A DNA stretch of 58,569 nt from Acidimicrobiia bacterium (GTDB taxonomy: Bacteria; Actinomycetota; Acidimicrobiia; Acidimicrobiales; Aldehydirespiratoraceae): contig JAHQYM010000003.1 in the NCBI GenBank assembly GCA_024421095.1, positions 1 to 58,569 of the forward strand. Direction: 5' to 3'. The notes below the pieces were generated by a model. That model was not told the DNA's origin and did not search any database. It worked only from the letters and a program-made list of their open reading frames with translations. Position numbers and translations under genes: made by a program. Positions within the stretch are counted from its first letter, which is position 1, and each line of letters begins with the position of its first letter. Of this stretch, positions 30,005 through 39,395 are shown piece after piece.

Positions 30005-30188
30005 CGTTGCGGCATCCTGTTCTGGTTTCGCGGGTCAGCCACCCACCTATAGGGTCAACTTCCACACCGACCATCCATTCACTCGGCTGAATGTCAACAC
30101 CCATTCTGGAGGAACCCGCCCGCACACACAACGATGCCCACATCTGACGCAGGCATACTCACTCCACGCTCAAACGCGAAGAGCCGGA

Positions 30189-31004
30189 TTACTTTAAGCC
30201 TGCTGCGGCTTTGCAGTTGGGGTCGCGGCGCACCGTTGGGAAGTCTGGGACAGCCACGTCGATTGTGCGAATGCAGGTGAGTTCCACGCCATTTAGCACC
30301 GACCTTAGTGCTTGGATCTTGTCGTTGAGGAGTATTGGTTCGCCAAGATGTGCCGCAGCGGATCCGATGAGGTCGATGCTGATGGTGCCTCTTGAGGTGG
30401 GAGTGTCATTGGGTGTGTATGTCACTGCGTCTACCCATGCGGAGAGGTCTTCGGGCATTGCTTCAATGAGGGCTATTCCCGGTAGCGCGTGGGGTTCGGT
30501 TTCTCCGAGGTTGGCGCGTAAAGCGGTTTTGATTGACGGCAACTGCAGGTCTTGGAGGTGGCCGGCACTACCTGCCGCCATGACCACGCCGCTGCCATCC
30601 ACTATCGCTACTTTGCCGTCGCTGCGTTCTACTTGTGCAACAGCGATCCTTTCGGTCACATCAATTTTCACTTTGTTGGGCCATGACTTTTCCACTTCGG
30701 CACGTTCCACCCAGGGTAGTTCTTCGAGTTTGTTTTGAAAGACCCGGGTGTTGATGTCTTTTAGGGGGGTGCCAATTTCGAGCGGCGAAACTTGTTGAAC
30801 TTCCGTTAATCGCGCGCCAGTGACACCAGTGATTTCTATATGGTCGAGGTCGAGTAATGATGAACGCAGTGCCGCCCAGCCACAAAAGAATGTGCCGATG
30901 ATGGCTAATGCAGCCAACAGCAGGTTGAGCCTTCGGCGGCCTTCAGCACGATAGACTGCGGCGCGGCGTGCTCGTAGGCGGGGGTCAATCTTGGGGTTGC
31001 TCAT
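30189..31004 (-). CDS. ftsQ: cell division protein FtsQ/DivIB (POTRA domain)
   Basis: Basic N-terminus, single TM, and POTRA start LDLDHIEITG; position between murB and ftsZ. Confidence 0.85.
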   Translation of the reverse strand: MSNPKIDPRLRARRAAVYRAEGRRRLNLLLAALAIIGTFFCGWAALRSSLLDLDHIEITGVTGARLTEVQQVSPLEIGTPLKDINTRVFQNKLEELPWVERAEVEKSWPNKVKIDVTERIAVAQVERSDGKVAIVDGSGVVMAAGSAGHLQDLQLPSIKTALRANLGETEPHALPGIALIEAMPEDLSAWVDAVTYTPNDTPTSRGTISIDLIGSAAAHLGEPILLNDKIQALRSVLNGVELTCIRTIDVAVPDFPTVRRDPNCKAAAGLK

Positions 31005-31944
31005 TGAAGCCTAGTAACTGTGTTTCGAAGGTTAGTTTTACATTGTGAGTGTCTAGCACGCGTCTTTGTATTTCGTTCATTAGGGCTCGGATGTCGGCTG
31101 CGCGTCCGTCGGGTTCGGCGCAGATGAAGTTGGCGTGTTTAGGTGATACTTGGGCCGTGCCAAGCCGTAGCCCTTTGGCCCCGGTCGATTCTATTAGGCT
31201 GCCGGCACTGTCGCCGTGTGGGTTGGTGAAGACCGAACCGGCGTTTTGTCCACCGGGTTGGTTCGTTCTTCGCCATTGCACGATTTCGTTCATCAGTGTT
31301 TTGCCATTGGCTTTTTCGTTCATTGACAACTCAAGGCACGCGGTCAGGACAAGTTCGTTTGCTCCAACCGAAGAGGTTCGATATCCGAAGGCTAGGTCTC
31401 GATTGGAACGCCAACTAAAACGCCCACTTCGCAGGTCTACGATTTCTGCGCTGGTGAGTGTGTCTTGCATTGCTGCGCCGTGTCCACCGGCGTTCATGCA
31501 CACGGCGCCGCCTACGGAACCGGGTATGCCAACGGCCCATTCAAATCCGCCGAGTTCCGCATTGACTGTGGCGCGTGCCACTACAGGCATTTTGGCCGCC
31601 CCTCCGACAACTACTGTGTGTTCAACAATGCGTATTGCACTGAAGGTTTGCCCGAGCATTATTGCGATCCCCGCGAAACCCTCGTCGCTAACTAGTAGGT
31701 TTGAGCCGCGTCCTATCACCGCGATGGGCACATCCGTTAAAATGCCCGATGTTGCGATCGCCTCGGTGACCAAGGTTATTTCTTCATGACTATCAACAAC
31801 GACCAATGCGACTGCGTTGCCACCAACACGATAGGTCGTGAGATTGCCTAAAGGCGCGTCGAACTGCACTTTTGCCGACAACGAACTAGCGCCTAATGCG
31901 TCTAGCGCAGCACGCAATTCTGTGGCTATTTTAGGCGTGTTCAT
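30985..31944 (-). CDS. murB: UDP-N-acetylenolpyruvoylglucosamine reductase
   Basis: FAD-binding motifs TYRVGGNA and GRGSNLLV, plus GSVFTNP. Confidence 0.92.
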   Translation of the reverse strand: MNTPKIATELRAALDALGASSLSAKVQFDAPLGNLTTYRVGGNAVALVVVDSHEEITLVTEAIATSGILTDVPIAVIGRGSNLLVSDEGFAGIAIMLGQTFSAIRIVEHTVVVGGAAKMPVVARATVNAELGGFEWAVGIPGSVGGAVCMNAGGHGAAMQDTLTSAEIVDLRSGRFSWRSNRDLAFGYRTSSVGANELVLTACLELSMNEKANGKTLMNEIVQWRRTNQPGGQNAGSVFTNPHGDSAGSLIESTGAKGLRLGTAQVSPKHANFICAEPDGRAADIRALMNEIQRRVLDTHNVKLTFETQLLGFNEQPQD

Positions 31945-33328
31945 GGTTTGCGGTTAGTCGTAGCCGTTCAAGCACGGCATCTGGGACGTTGGTTAGGTCG
32001 CCGGCACCCAATGTCAAGCAGAGGTCGCCCGCCTGCAAGCGTGAGACGAGCAGGTCGGTGACATCGCCTAGCTGCGCCAGGTAGGTAACATCGCTTCGGG
32101 GATGCGCCGCGAGCACTGCATCGGCAACGAGTTTGCCGCTCACCCCGGGTCTTGGGGTCTCACCAGCGGAATAAATGTCGGTGATTACTATCTGGTCTGC
32201 TTGCTGGAAGGAATGTGCGAATTGTTTACCCAAATCGGCGGTGCGACTGTAACGGTGGGGTTGAAACACTACCACAATCCGTTCCCATTGTCCGTCTTTC
32301 GCGGTTGCTAACGCGGCTTCTATTTCGGCTGGAAGGTGTGCATAGTCGTCCACGAAACTAATGCCATGCGCCTCACCGCGAAATTCGTAGCGCCGCGCTA
32401 CGCCACCGAACCCCGACAACGCTCGGCTTATAGTATCTGCGGCGGCTCCTATTTGTAATGCCACCACGGCTGCGGCGGCAGCGTTTCGGGCATTGTGTAG
32501 GCCTGGTGTTGGAAGGTTTATGGTGGCGATGGGATTGCGGTGATGCGCCAAAGTAAAGGTGACAGCGGCACGGCTCGTTTTGATGTTTTGGAGTTGGAAG
32601 TCGGCATCTGGACTAGTTCCGTAGGTCTGTGCGTCTATTCCTTGAGTTAAAGCAGCCGCAACCCGATCGTCGGCGCAAACCACGCATTGTTTCGCCCGAC
32701 CAGCAAAGGTTGCAAACGCTTCATTCAAATCGGTTGTTTTGCCAGCGTAAGATCCTAAATGGTCGGGTTCGACGCTAGTTATCACACCGATTTCTGGGGC
32801 TAAGGCCAAAAACGTCCTGTCGGATTCGTCGGCTTCCAGCACGATCCATTCCCCGTCACTCCAAGCCGCGCCAGAACCAACCTCGTTGATGTCGCCTCCG
32901 ATGATGAATGATGGCTCAAGGCCGGCTTCGTTCAGAATCATTGACAGCATTGAAGCCGTGGTGGTCTTGCCGTGTGTGCCGGCCACAGCAACGGCTCTTT
33001 TTTTCGCAGCAATAGCGGGCAATAGGTCGCTGCGCCGCAAGATGCCAAGACCTTGGCGGTGCGCGGCGCTTAGTTCGGGGTTGCGTTCGGGTATTGCGCT
33101 ACTGATGGCTACTAGTTCGGCACCGGCAAGGTTGTTGGCGTCGTGACCTATCGAGACTTGAATGCCTTCGGCTCTGAGTCGTTCCACTATGGGCCCTTCT
33201 TTGAGGTCGCTGCCAGACACAACGTGTCCCATGGCTGCGAGTACTGAAGCGATGGCCCCCATGCCGGCTCCTCCAGCACCGATGATATGGATTCGACGTG
33301 GTTCCGTGAGGTGGTTGTTCATGGTCAA
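31931..33328 (-). CDS. murC: UDP-N-acetylmuramate-L-alanine ligase
   Basis: IHIIGAGGAGMGAIA N-terminus, GTHGKTTT P-loop, DDYAHLP motif. Confidence 0.94.
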   Translation of the reverse strand: MTMNNHLTEPRRIHIIGAGGAGMGAIASVLAAMGHVVSGSDLKEGPIVERLRAEGIQVSIGHDANNLAGAELVAISSAIPERNPELSAAHRQGLGILRRSDLLPAIAAKKRAVAVAGTHGKTTTASMLSMILNEAGLEPSFIIGGDINEVGSGAAWSDGEWIVLEADESDRTFLALAPEIGVITSVEPDHLGSYAGKTTDLNEAFATFAGRAKQCVVCADDRVAAALTQGIDAQTYGTSPDADFQLQNIKTSRAAVTFTLAHHRNPIATINLPTPGLHNARNAAAAAVVALQIGAAADTISRALSGFGGVARRYEFRGEAHGISFVDDYAHLPAEIEAALATAKDGQWERIVVVFQPHRYSRTADLGKQFAHSFQQADQIVITDIYSAGETPRPGVSGKLVADAVLAAHPRSDVTYLAQLGDVTDLLVSRLQAGDLCLTLGAGDLTNVPDAVLERLRLTANHEHA

Positions 33329-34476
33329 CTCGTGTGTGTTTGGTCAACGGGTAAAGGGCGTTTGGCATAACGTTCTAGCAAGTCAACAACTGCCGCCGCG
33401 GCGTGCGGCCGGCTGTGTTTTTGCGCGGCTGCCGACATAGCAGCGAGGCGTGCTGTGTCGTTGATGAGGTTGTCTACCTCTTGACGTAGGCGTTTTTCGT
33501 TGAGTTCGTGGTCGGCTATCACGACTGCGGCGTGTGTTTTAGCGAGCACCTTTGCGTTGGCGTTTTGGTGGTCGCCGGGCGTTTCTGGCAATGGGACTAG
33601 GATTGCGGGTACCCCGGTTGCAGAGATTTCCGCAATGCTAGTTGCTCCGGCGCGGCACAATATTAAGTCACTTGCTGCGTAGACGGTGGCCATGTCAGTT
33701 TCAAACTCAATAATTTGCAGGGCTAAGTCGGAATTTGTGTAGGCCGCTGCTTTGGCGTTCAATTCAGCGTGGTCGCGTTTTCCGGTGATATGGCGAATGG
33801 CGAGATCTTGGCGATCTTGCCAATGGTCAAGCGCCGCAAGAAGAGCATTGTTGATCTTGGCGGCCCCGAGTGAACCACCGAACACGCTCAACAGTTTTCG
33901 TTGCGGGTCGACACCAAGTTTTTTACGGGCTCGTTGTTGGTCTTGGTCACGGTTGACGTTGACGATGCTGGCGCGCACTGGGTTTCCCGTCAATACTGCT
34001 CTTGGCAGGTTCACGCCGTTGAAGGGAACTGCCGTGGCTTTGGCAAACTTGGCTCCAAGGCGATTCGCGGCGCTAGCAACTGCGTTTTGCTCAGCGATGA
34101 TTACCGGTATCCGCCATACTCTGGCAGCGACCACTGCGGGTACCGAGGCAAACCCTCCTAAACCAACCACCACAGCAGGGCGCCAGCGAGCCAAGTTTGC
34201 AATGGTTTGAATGGTGGCGAAAGCAATTCCGATGATTGAGCTGAGGTTCCGCCAAGTGAGTTTTCTGACTATGCCTCGCCCCGTAATTGCCGTCAAAGTG
34301 AAACCAGCTTCGGGTACAAGAGTCGTTTCGATACCGCGGCGACTGCCCACGAAATGCACAACTTCGCGCTTGTTGCAACGCATGCTGATTTCTTCGGCTA
34401 TCGCTAAGCCGGGGGCGACGTGGCCAAGTGTTCCACCACCGGCCAATAGCGCCCAAACGCGGTCTTGTTTCTTCAT
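33325..34476 (-). CDS. murG: undecaprenyldiphospho-muramoylpentapeptide beta-N-acetylglucosaminyltransferase
   Basis: AGGGTLGHVAPGLAIAEE motif. The ORF is open to 34632, but the ATG at 34476 gives an ATGA overlap with the ftsW stop. Confidence 0.92.
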   Translation of the reverse strand: MKKQDRVWALLAGGGTLGHVAPGLAIAEEISMRCNKREVVHFVGSRRGIETTLVPEAGFTLTAITGRGIVRKLTWRNLSSIIGIAFATIQTIANLARWRPAVVVGLGGFASVPAVVAARVWRIPVIIAEQNAVASAANRLGAKFAKATAVPFNGVNLPRAVLTGNPVRASIVNVNRDQDQQRARKKLGVDPQRKLLSVFGGSLGAAKINNALLAALDHWQDRQDLAIRHITGKRDHAELNAKAAAYTNSDLALQIIEFETDMATVYAASDLILCRAGATSIAEISATGVPAILVPLPETPGDHQNANAKVLAKTHAAVVIADHELNEKRLRQEVDNLINDTARLAAMSAAAQKHSRPHAAAAVVDLLERYAKRPLPVDQTHTS

Positions 34477-35648
34477 CGGCTTTGGCGGGCTATGTTGAGC
34501 AAAATTCCGCAACCTGCCATTACCGCTACCAGCGCGCTGCCACCGTGCGACATCATCGGTAAGGTCACCCCAACCGTTGGCAGCAGTCCGATTACTGAAC
34601 CTAGGTTGAGAGTTGCTTGAACTACTATCCACGAGGTGATACCGACGGCGAGCAGCATCCCAAACGTATCCGTGGCTCGCAATGCCACGGTGTAACCCAC
34701 AATTCCGATTCCAAGAAACAGCAACACAGTTGCGCTCGCGCCCACGAATCCAAGTTCTTCAGCAACAACCGCAAAAATAAAGTCGCTATGGGAGTAGGGA
34801 ACAAATCCCCATTTAGATAAACCGTCACCCAAACCGCTCCCGCGAATGCCACCAGTAGTTATTGCGTGCAAAGAATTGAGAATTTGAAAAGTGCTGCCTT
34901 GCGGGTCGCTCCAAGGATCAAGCATGCTAAACAAACGTTCGCGCCGCCATGGGGTATTCCAAACATAGAACGCTGCGCACACGATGGCGATTGCTCCGGC
35001 GGGTAGCATGTAACGCATTTTCGTTCCTGCCCAAAACAACATCGCTAGGGCAATTCCACCGAGGATTAGCGTGTTGCCTAAATGCGGTTGCATCATAAAC
35101 AATACCGCGAACACGCCGCAGCAGAATGTGACCGGCACTAGTTTGCTCGCATCTCCGTGCAGGTCTCGGCTGGGTTGCGACAGAATACGGGCGATGAAAC
35201 AGATGAGCGCGAGTTTGGCGAACTCTGATGGCTGAAACGGCATTACCCCTAAATCCAACCAACGGGTCGCACCGCGTCGAGTCACGCCATACGGGGTCAC
35301 TAGCAGCATCACTAGAAAAACGCAAATCAACACAGTTCCCGGCACTGCAAGTTTCTTCAAGCTGTGGTAATTTATTCGCATCAGCGCGACCATGGCAATG
35401 AAGCCGACCGCCGCGGCTGTGGCTTGGCGATTGAACGACCTCCAGGCGCTGCCACTATCACCGACGCTGACCACAGCAGAGGACGACAACACCATCAACA
35501 AACCCAACACCAAAAGCGTCACCACCAATAGGAACAACGTCACGAAGAGGTTAGTACGCTTGCCGCGAGGAGGACCTGTGCGTTTGCTGCGTATGTTGGG
35601 AACCGTTCGCAGGTGGGTTGCTTGGGGTTTGACTGTGGCGGTGTTCAT
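34473..35648 (-). CDS. ftsW: SEDS-family peptidoglycan glycosyltransferase FtsW
   Basis: Ten-TM-type protein with SEFAKLALI and HSDFIFAVVAEELG motifs. Confidence 0.92.
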   Translation of the reverse strand: MNTATVKPQATHLRTVPNIRSKRTGPPRGKRTNLFVTLFLLVVTLLVLGLLMVLSSSAVVSVGDSGSAWRSFNRQATAAAVGFIAMVALMRINYHSLKKLAVPGTVLICVFLVMLLVTPYGVTRRGATRWLDLGVMPFQPSEFAKLALICFIARILSQPSRDLHGDASKLVPVTFCCGVFAVLFMMQPHLGNTLILGGIALAMLFWAGTKMRYMLPAGAIAIVCAAFYVWNTPWRRERLFSMLDPWSDPQGSTFQILNSLHAITTGGIRGSGLGDGLSKWGFVPYSHSDFIFAVVAEELGFVGASATVLLFLGIGIVGYTVALRATDTFGMLLAVGITSWIVVQATLNLGSVIGLLPTVGVTLPMMSHGGSALVAVMAGCGILLNIARQSR

Positions 35649-36961
35649 TGTTGTTCCTTTACCGCTCTGAGGAAATCCTCGCCACGTTGGCGGTAGTTCT
35701 CATAGGCATCGAAGGAAGCGCAACCTGGGCTCAATAACACAGTTGTTCCTCCTTTCGCTAACCGCCGCGCTTGAACTACTGCGTCATCAATATCGGCTGC
35801 GATTGTGGCCTGGTGTGTGGATGCAAACGCTTCTTTGATTTCCTCCGCCGCAGAACCGATTGCCACCACCGCTAACACGTGCTGCGACTCAGCGGCCATC
35901 TCTTTTAGGTCAACGCCTTTGTTTTGCCCTCCCGCAATTAACACAACCTTGTCGAAACCTCGCAAAGCGGCCGAGGTGGCGTGCGGTGTGGTTGCTTTGG
36001 AGTCGTTGTAATAGAGGGAACCATCAATTTCACCTACTAGTGCAATACGGTGTGGTAATCCCTTGAAGTCACGGTATGTCCAGCGCAGCGCATCTAGTTC
36101 CGCCCCTACGGGCACTACGGATGCAGCGGTGGCGAGTGCGGCTTCAATATCGTGTGGCATGGTTCGCCACAAGTCTTCAACCAGGCCAAAAGGCCCTTGA
36201 GGGCCGACTAGCTGATCGTCTTGTGCTCGCCAGGGGGAACCCTGACCCGCGTAAGTGACACATTCGCGGTCGGGTCGGCGGTGTGCCATGACTACTCGAT
36301 CAAGTGCATTTGCTACACAAATACCATCGGGTTTCAAATTGCGCCAAATACGTGACTTGGCTTTTTCGTAGGAGGCTAAATTTTTGTGGACATCAAGATG
36401 GTCGGGTGCGAAGTTCAGCCAAGTGCCAACTTGGGGGGCGAACAAACGAGTTTGAGCCAAGCGAAACGAACTCGCTTCCACGACAAACATTTCTGTTGTC
36501 GGATCGTTGATTGCCGAAACTAGGGGCAATTCGTTATTCCCGGCCGCCACGGCGCGAAAACCGGAACGCTTGAGTGCATCAGTACACAGTTCAACAACTG
36601 TGGTCTTGCCGTTGGTACCGGTGATGGCCACCATCGGGCGATCATCCCAAAGCTCTACCAAGTCCAATTCAGAGACGAGCGGGATGTGGTTTTGTTGAGC
36701 AGCAACATATCCGACATGATATTCGTTCAAACCCGGCGTGGGCACCACGAAATCAACCCGCGCTAGACAAGCTTTGAGCGCTTCTTCGTTGTCGAGCATT
36801 TCGATTCCGAGTTGGGCAGCTTGACCGCGAAGATAGACGTTTGGCTCATCCTCATACGCCGTAACGGTGTGTCCTCGAGTGATCAAAGCTCGGCTAACTG
36901 CACGATTGGTGACACCGAAACCCACCACAAGAACCTTCGCCGAATTATCAAGCGAGATCAT
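35645..36961 (-). CDS. murD: UDP-N-acetylmuramoylalanine-D-glutamate ligase
   Basis: VLVVGFGVTN Rossmann start and ITGTNGKTT P-loop. The internal ATG at 36961 gives an ATGA overlap with the mraY stop (ORF open to 37039). Confidence 0.92.
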   Translation of the reverse strand: MISLDNSAKVLVVGFGVTNRAVSRALITRGHTVTAYEDEPNVYLRGQAAQLGIEMLDNEEALKACLARVDFVVPTPGLNEYHVGYVAAQQNHIPLVSELDLVELWDDRPMVAITGTNGKTTVVELCTDALKRSGFRAVAAGNNELPLVSAINDPTTEMFVVEASSFRLAQTRLFAPQVGTWLNFAPDHLDVHKNLASYEKAKSRIWRNLKPDGICVANALDRVVMAHRRPDRECVTYAGQGSPWRAQDDQLVGPQGPFGLVEDLWRTMPHDIEAALATAASVVPVGAELDALRWTYRDFKGLPHRIALVGEIDGSLYYNDSKATTPHATSAALRGFDKVVLIAGGQNKGVDLKEMAAESQHVLAVVAIGSAAEEIKEAFASTHQATIAADIDDAVVQARRLAKGGTTVLLSPGCASFDAYENYRQRGEDFLRAVKEQQ

Positions 36962-38001
36962 GCGGTAAATCCCGCAACTATGGCATCTCGATAGAAAATC
37001 CCCAACCCAACTGCGGTACACAATCCAGACATGATCCAAAAGCGAACGATAACTGTGGTTTCAGGCCAACCACTCAACTCAAAGTGATGGTGAATTGGTG
37101 CCATACGAAATAGTCGCCGTTGCTTGAACCAATGGAACACGATTATTTGCAGAATCACCGAAACCGTTTCCAACACAAACAAGCCACCGATAATTGGAAG
37201 CAGCAATTGGGTACCGGTCGATAGCGATAGCGCGGCAAGTCCGCTGCCGATTGCTAATGCGCCCGTGTCACCCATAAATATTTGTGCGGGAGCGGCGTTC
37301 CACCACAAAAAGCCGACGATTCCTCCTACCATGGCAGCGGCGATAACTGATTGATCAAGCGCTGCCGCGTTGTTGTAAGCGTCCGGGTGACGAAATTGCC
37401 AGAAACCGACCAAAGTGAACGCAGCAAAACAAATCACGCTCGCACCGGCAGCTAAGCCGTCTAATCCATCAGTGAGATTGACGCTATTTGTGCTAGAGAC
37501 GATTAACACAACCGCCCAAATCATCCAGCCGACACGGCCAAGTTCCCAACCAGGGTTGTCGTAACGGGTGAATGCGACCGTTGTGGGAATCTGCGTGAAC
37601 TCAGTCATTAGAAAAGCGAAGCCAACTCCAACGATCAATAGTCCGATAACTTTGGCACGTTTGTTGAGGCCCTTATTCCGAGCGGCCACAACTTTGATCC
37701 AGTCATCTAGCAATCCGACCGCTCCCCCGCCAACAATGCAGGTGAGCACGAAAATGCCGCTCACCGTGTAGATGCCCCCGAACAAATCTGAGACTACGTA
37801 TCCCGCAACAGCTCCGGCCACGATTGCTACTCCGCCCATGGTTGGTGTACCGGCTTTGGTGCGGTGTTGATTGGGTCCGTCGGCACGGATGGGTTGCCCG
37901 ATTTTGTTTTCGGTCAGCCACTTGAGTAGCAACTTGGTACCAACTAAAGACACCAACATGGACACAGCTGCAGCGATCAATAGGCGGCTCACGCGGCGCA
38001 A
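36958..38001 (-). CDS. mraY: phospho-N-acetylmuramoyl-pentapeptide transferase
   Basis: KAGTPTMGG, NLTDGLDGLA and MGDTGALA motifs. Confidence 0.96.
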   Translation of the reverse strand: MRRVSRLLIAAAVSMLVSLVGTKLLLKWLTENKIGQPIRADGPNQHRTKAGTPTMGGVAIVAGAVAGYVVSDLFGGIYTVSGIFVLTCIVGGGAVGLLDDWIKVVAARNKGLNKRAKVIGLLIVGVGFAFLMTEFTQIPTTVAFTRYDNPGWELGRVGWMIWAVVLIVSSTNSVNLTDGLDGLAAGASVICFAAFTLVGFWQFRHPDAYNNAAALDQSVIAAAMVGGIVGFLWWNAAPAQIFMGDTGALAIGSGLAALSLSTGTQLLLPIIGGLFVLETVSVILQIIVFHWFKQRRLFRMAPIHHHFELSGWPETTVIVRFWIMSGLCTAVGLGIFYRDAIVAGFTA

Positions 38002-39395
38002 TCCTTTAGTTTCTGGAGTTCTTGGCGAGCTACTACTCGGTCGTCAAAGGCCCAGACGCACGAACCGACTTGTTGAGTCGTTTCGTGCCCCTTGCCGGCG
38101 ATCAAAACTAGGTCTCCTTCGTTGGCGACCTTGAGGGCGGCAGCGATCGCTTGACGGCGATCGATTTCTATGAGGTCGGGAGGGTGGGTCATTCCTGAGA
38201 CGATGTCGTTGATTATGTCTTCGGCGCGTTCGTCTCTCGGGTTATCGCTCGTGACCGCTACCCAGTCGGCTTTTTGGCGCACGACTTTACCCATTAGTGG
38301 GCGTTTGCAGCGGTCTCGATTTCCACCAGCGCCGAAAACCACGATTAGTGCTTTATCGGTTAGTGCGGCCGCGGCTTGCATGGTAGTTGCTAGCGCCTGG
38401 TGTGTATGTGCGTAGTCTATGACCACGGTGAAGAGCTGACTTTCGTCTATCAACTCGAAGCGGCCCGGCACTGTCGGGGTGGTAGCTAACGCGTTCGCGA
38501 TGTCATTTGCTCGATAGCCGAGTGCCACCGCAATCTCGGCCGCGAGCACTGCGTTTTGTACATTGAAAGAGCCAGGTAAAGGCAGTTGCACATGTTGGTC
38601 CCGCCAACGGAACGTGCTCTTAGAGCGTTGGTAACGCACATCTGCGGCGCTATCAACGCCAACTTGTATGGCAAGAACCCCAGCCTGTGCCGCTAAACGC
38701 GCACCGTATTCGTTGCTGGTGTTGATTACTGCCAATTCGGTTATGTCTGGGGCGAATAGACGACACTTAGCCGCGAAATAGTTTTCTATCGAGCCATGGT
38801 AATCGAGGTGCTCGGCACTGAGGTTGGTGAACGCGGCGACTTTGAAACGACACCCAACTAGGCGTCCCTGTTCCAAACCGTGCGAGGACACTTCCATTGC
38901 AACCACCGTGTCTTGTCGGGCAACTGCCTCTGCTAGTTGACGCTGTAATGAAGCCGCGGTTGGGGTGGTCAACTCGCCGTTCAGTGTTCCGATTTCAGTA
39001 ACGCCCTCTCCAAGGACACGCAGCACCGAGGCAAGAATATGCACTGTGGTTGTCTTGCCATTTGTGCCCGTAACGCCCACGAGCGTTAGTTTGTTACTCG
39101 GGCAATTGTGGACCGCGGCTGCCAGTTCGCCTACGCAGTCGCGGACTGAATCGACCACTAGTTCTGGGACTGCGAGATTTGTGTGTCGCTCAACGAGAAG
39201 TGCTTTCGCTCCCGCTTGGATGGCTGATCTTGCATGGGTATGGCCATCAGTTGTTTCGCCATTGATCGCTGCAAAGATTGCGTCCTTTGGCACCTCTCGG
39301 GAGTCGTCGCATAGGTCACGGATTATGATCTCTTGCCAATCCTCGGCAGGTTCCACACCAACAAGTTCCGCTAAGTGAGCTAGGTTCTCACTCAT
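37989..39395 (-). CDS. murE: UDP-N-acetylmuramoyl-tripeptide synthetase (MurE, meso-DAP type)
   Basis: VTGTNGKTTT, MEVSSHGL, DYAHT and the DNPR motif (TSDNPRDE) that distinguishes MurE from MurF. The ATG at 39395 is preferred over the ORF maximum at 39446. Confidence 0.9.
   Translation of the reverse strand: MSENLAHLAELVGVEPAEDWQEIIIRDLCDDSREVPKDAIFAAINGETTDGHTHARSAIQAGAKALLVERHTNLAVPELVVDSVRDCVGELAAAVHNCPSNKLTLVGVTGTNGKTTTVHILASVLRVLGEGVTEIGTLNGELTTPTAASLQRQLAEAVARQDTVVAMEVSSHGLEQGRLVGCRFKVAAFTNLSAEHLDYHGSIENYFAAKCRLFAPDITELAVINTSNEYGARLAAQAGVLAIQVGVDSAADVRYQRSKSTFRWRDQHVQLPLPGSFNVQNAVLAAEIAVALGYRANDIANALATTPTVPGRFELIDESQLFTVVIDYAHTHQALATTMQAAAALTDKALIVVFGAGGNRDRCKRPLMGKVVRQKADWVAVTSDNPRDERAEDIINDIVSGMTHPPDLIEIDRRQAIAAALKVANEGDLVLIAGKGHETTQQVGSCVWAFDDRVVARQELQKLKDCAA

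Noticed and set aside
34477-34632. Longer N-termini for murG, and likewise murD (to 37039), rsmH (to 42697), ftsL (to 41714) and murE (to 39446)
   Set aside because: In each case an internal ATG creates an ATGA or short overlap with the upstream stop and begins at the conserved N-terminal motif. The extensions would overlap upstream genes by 50-160 nt.
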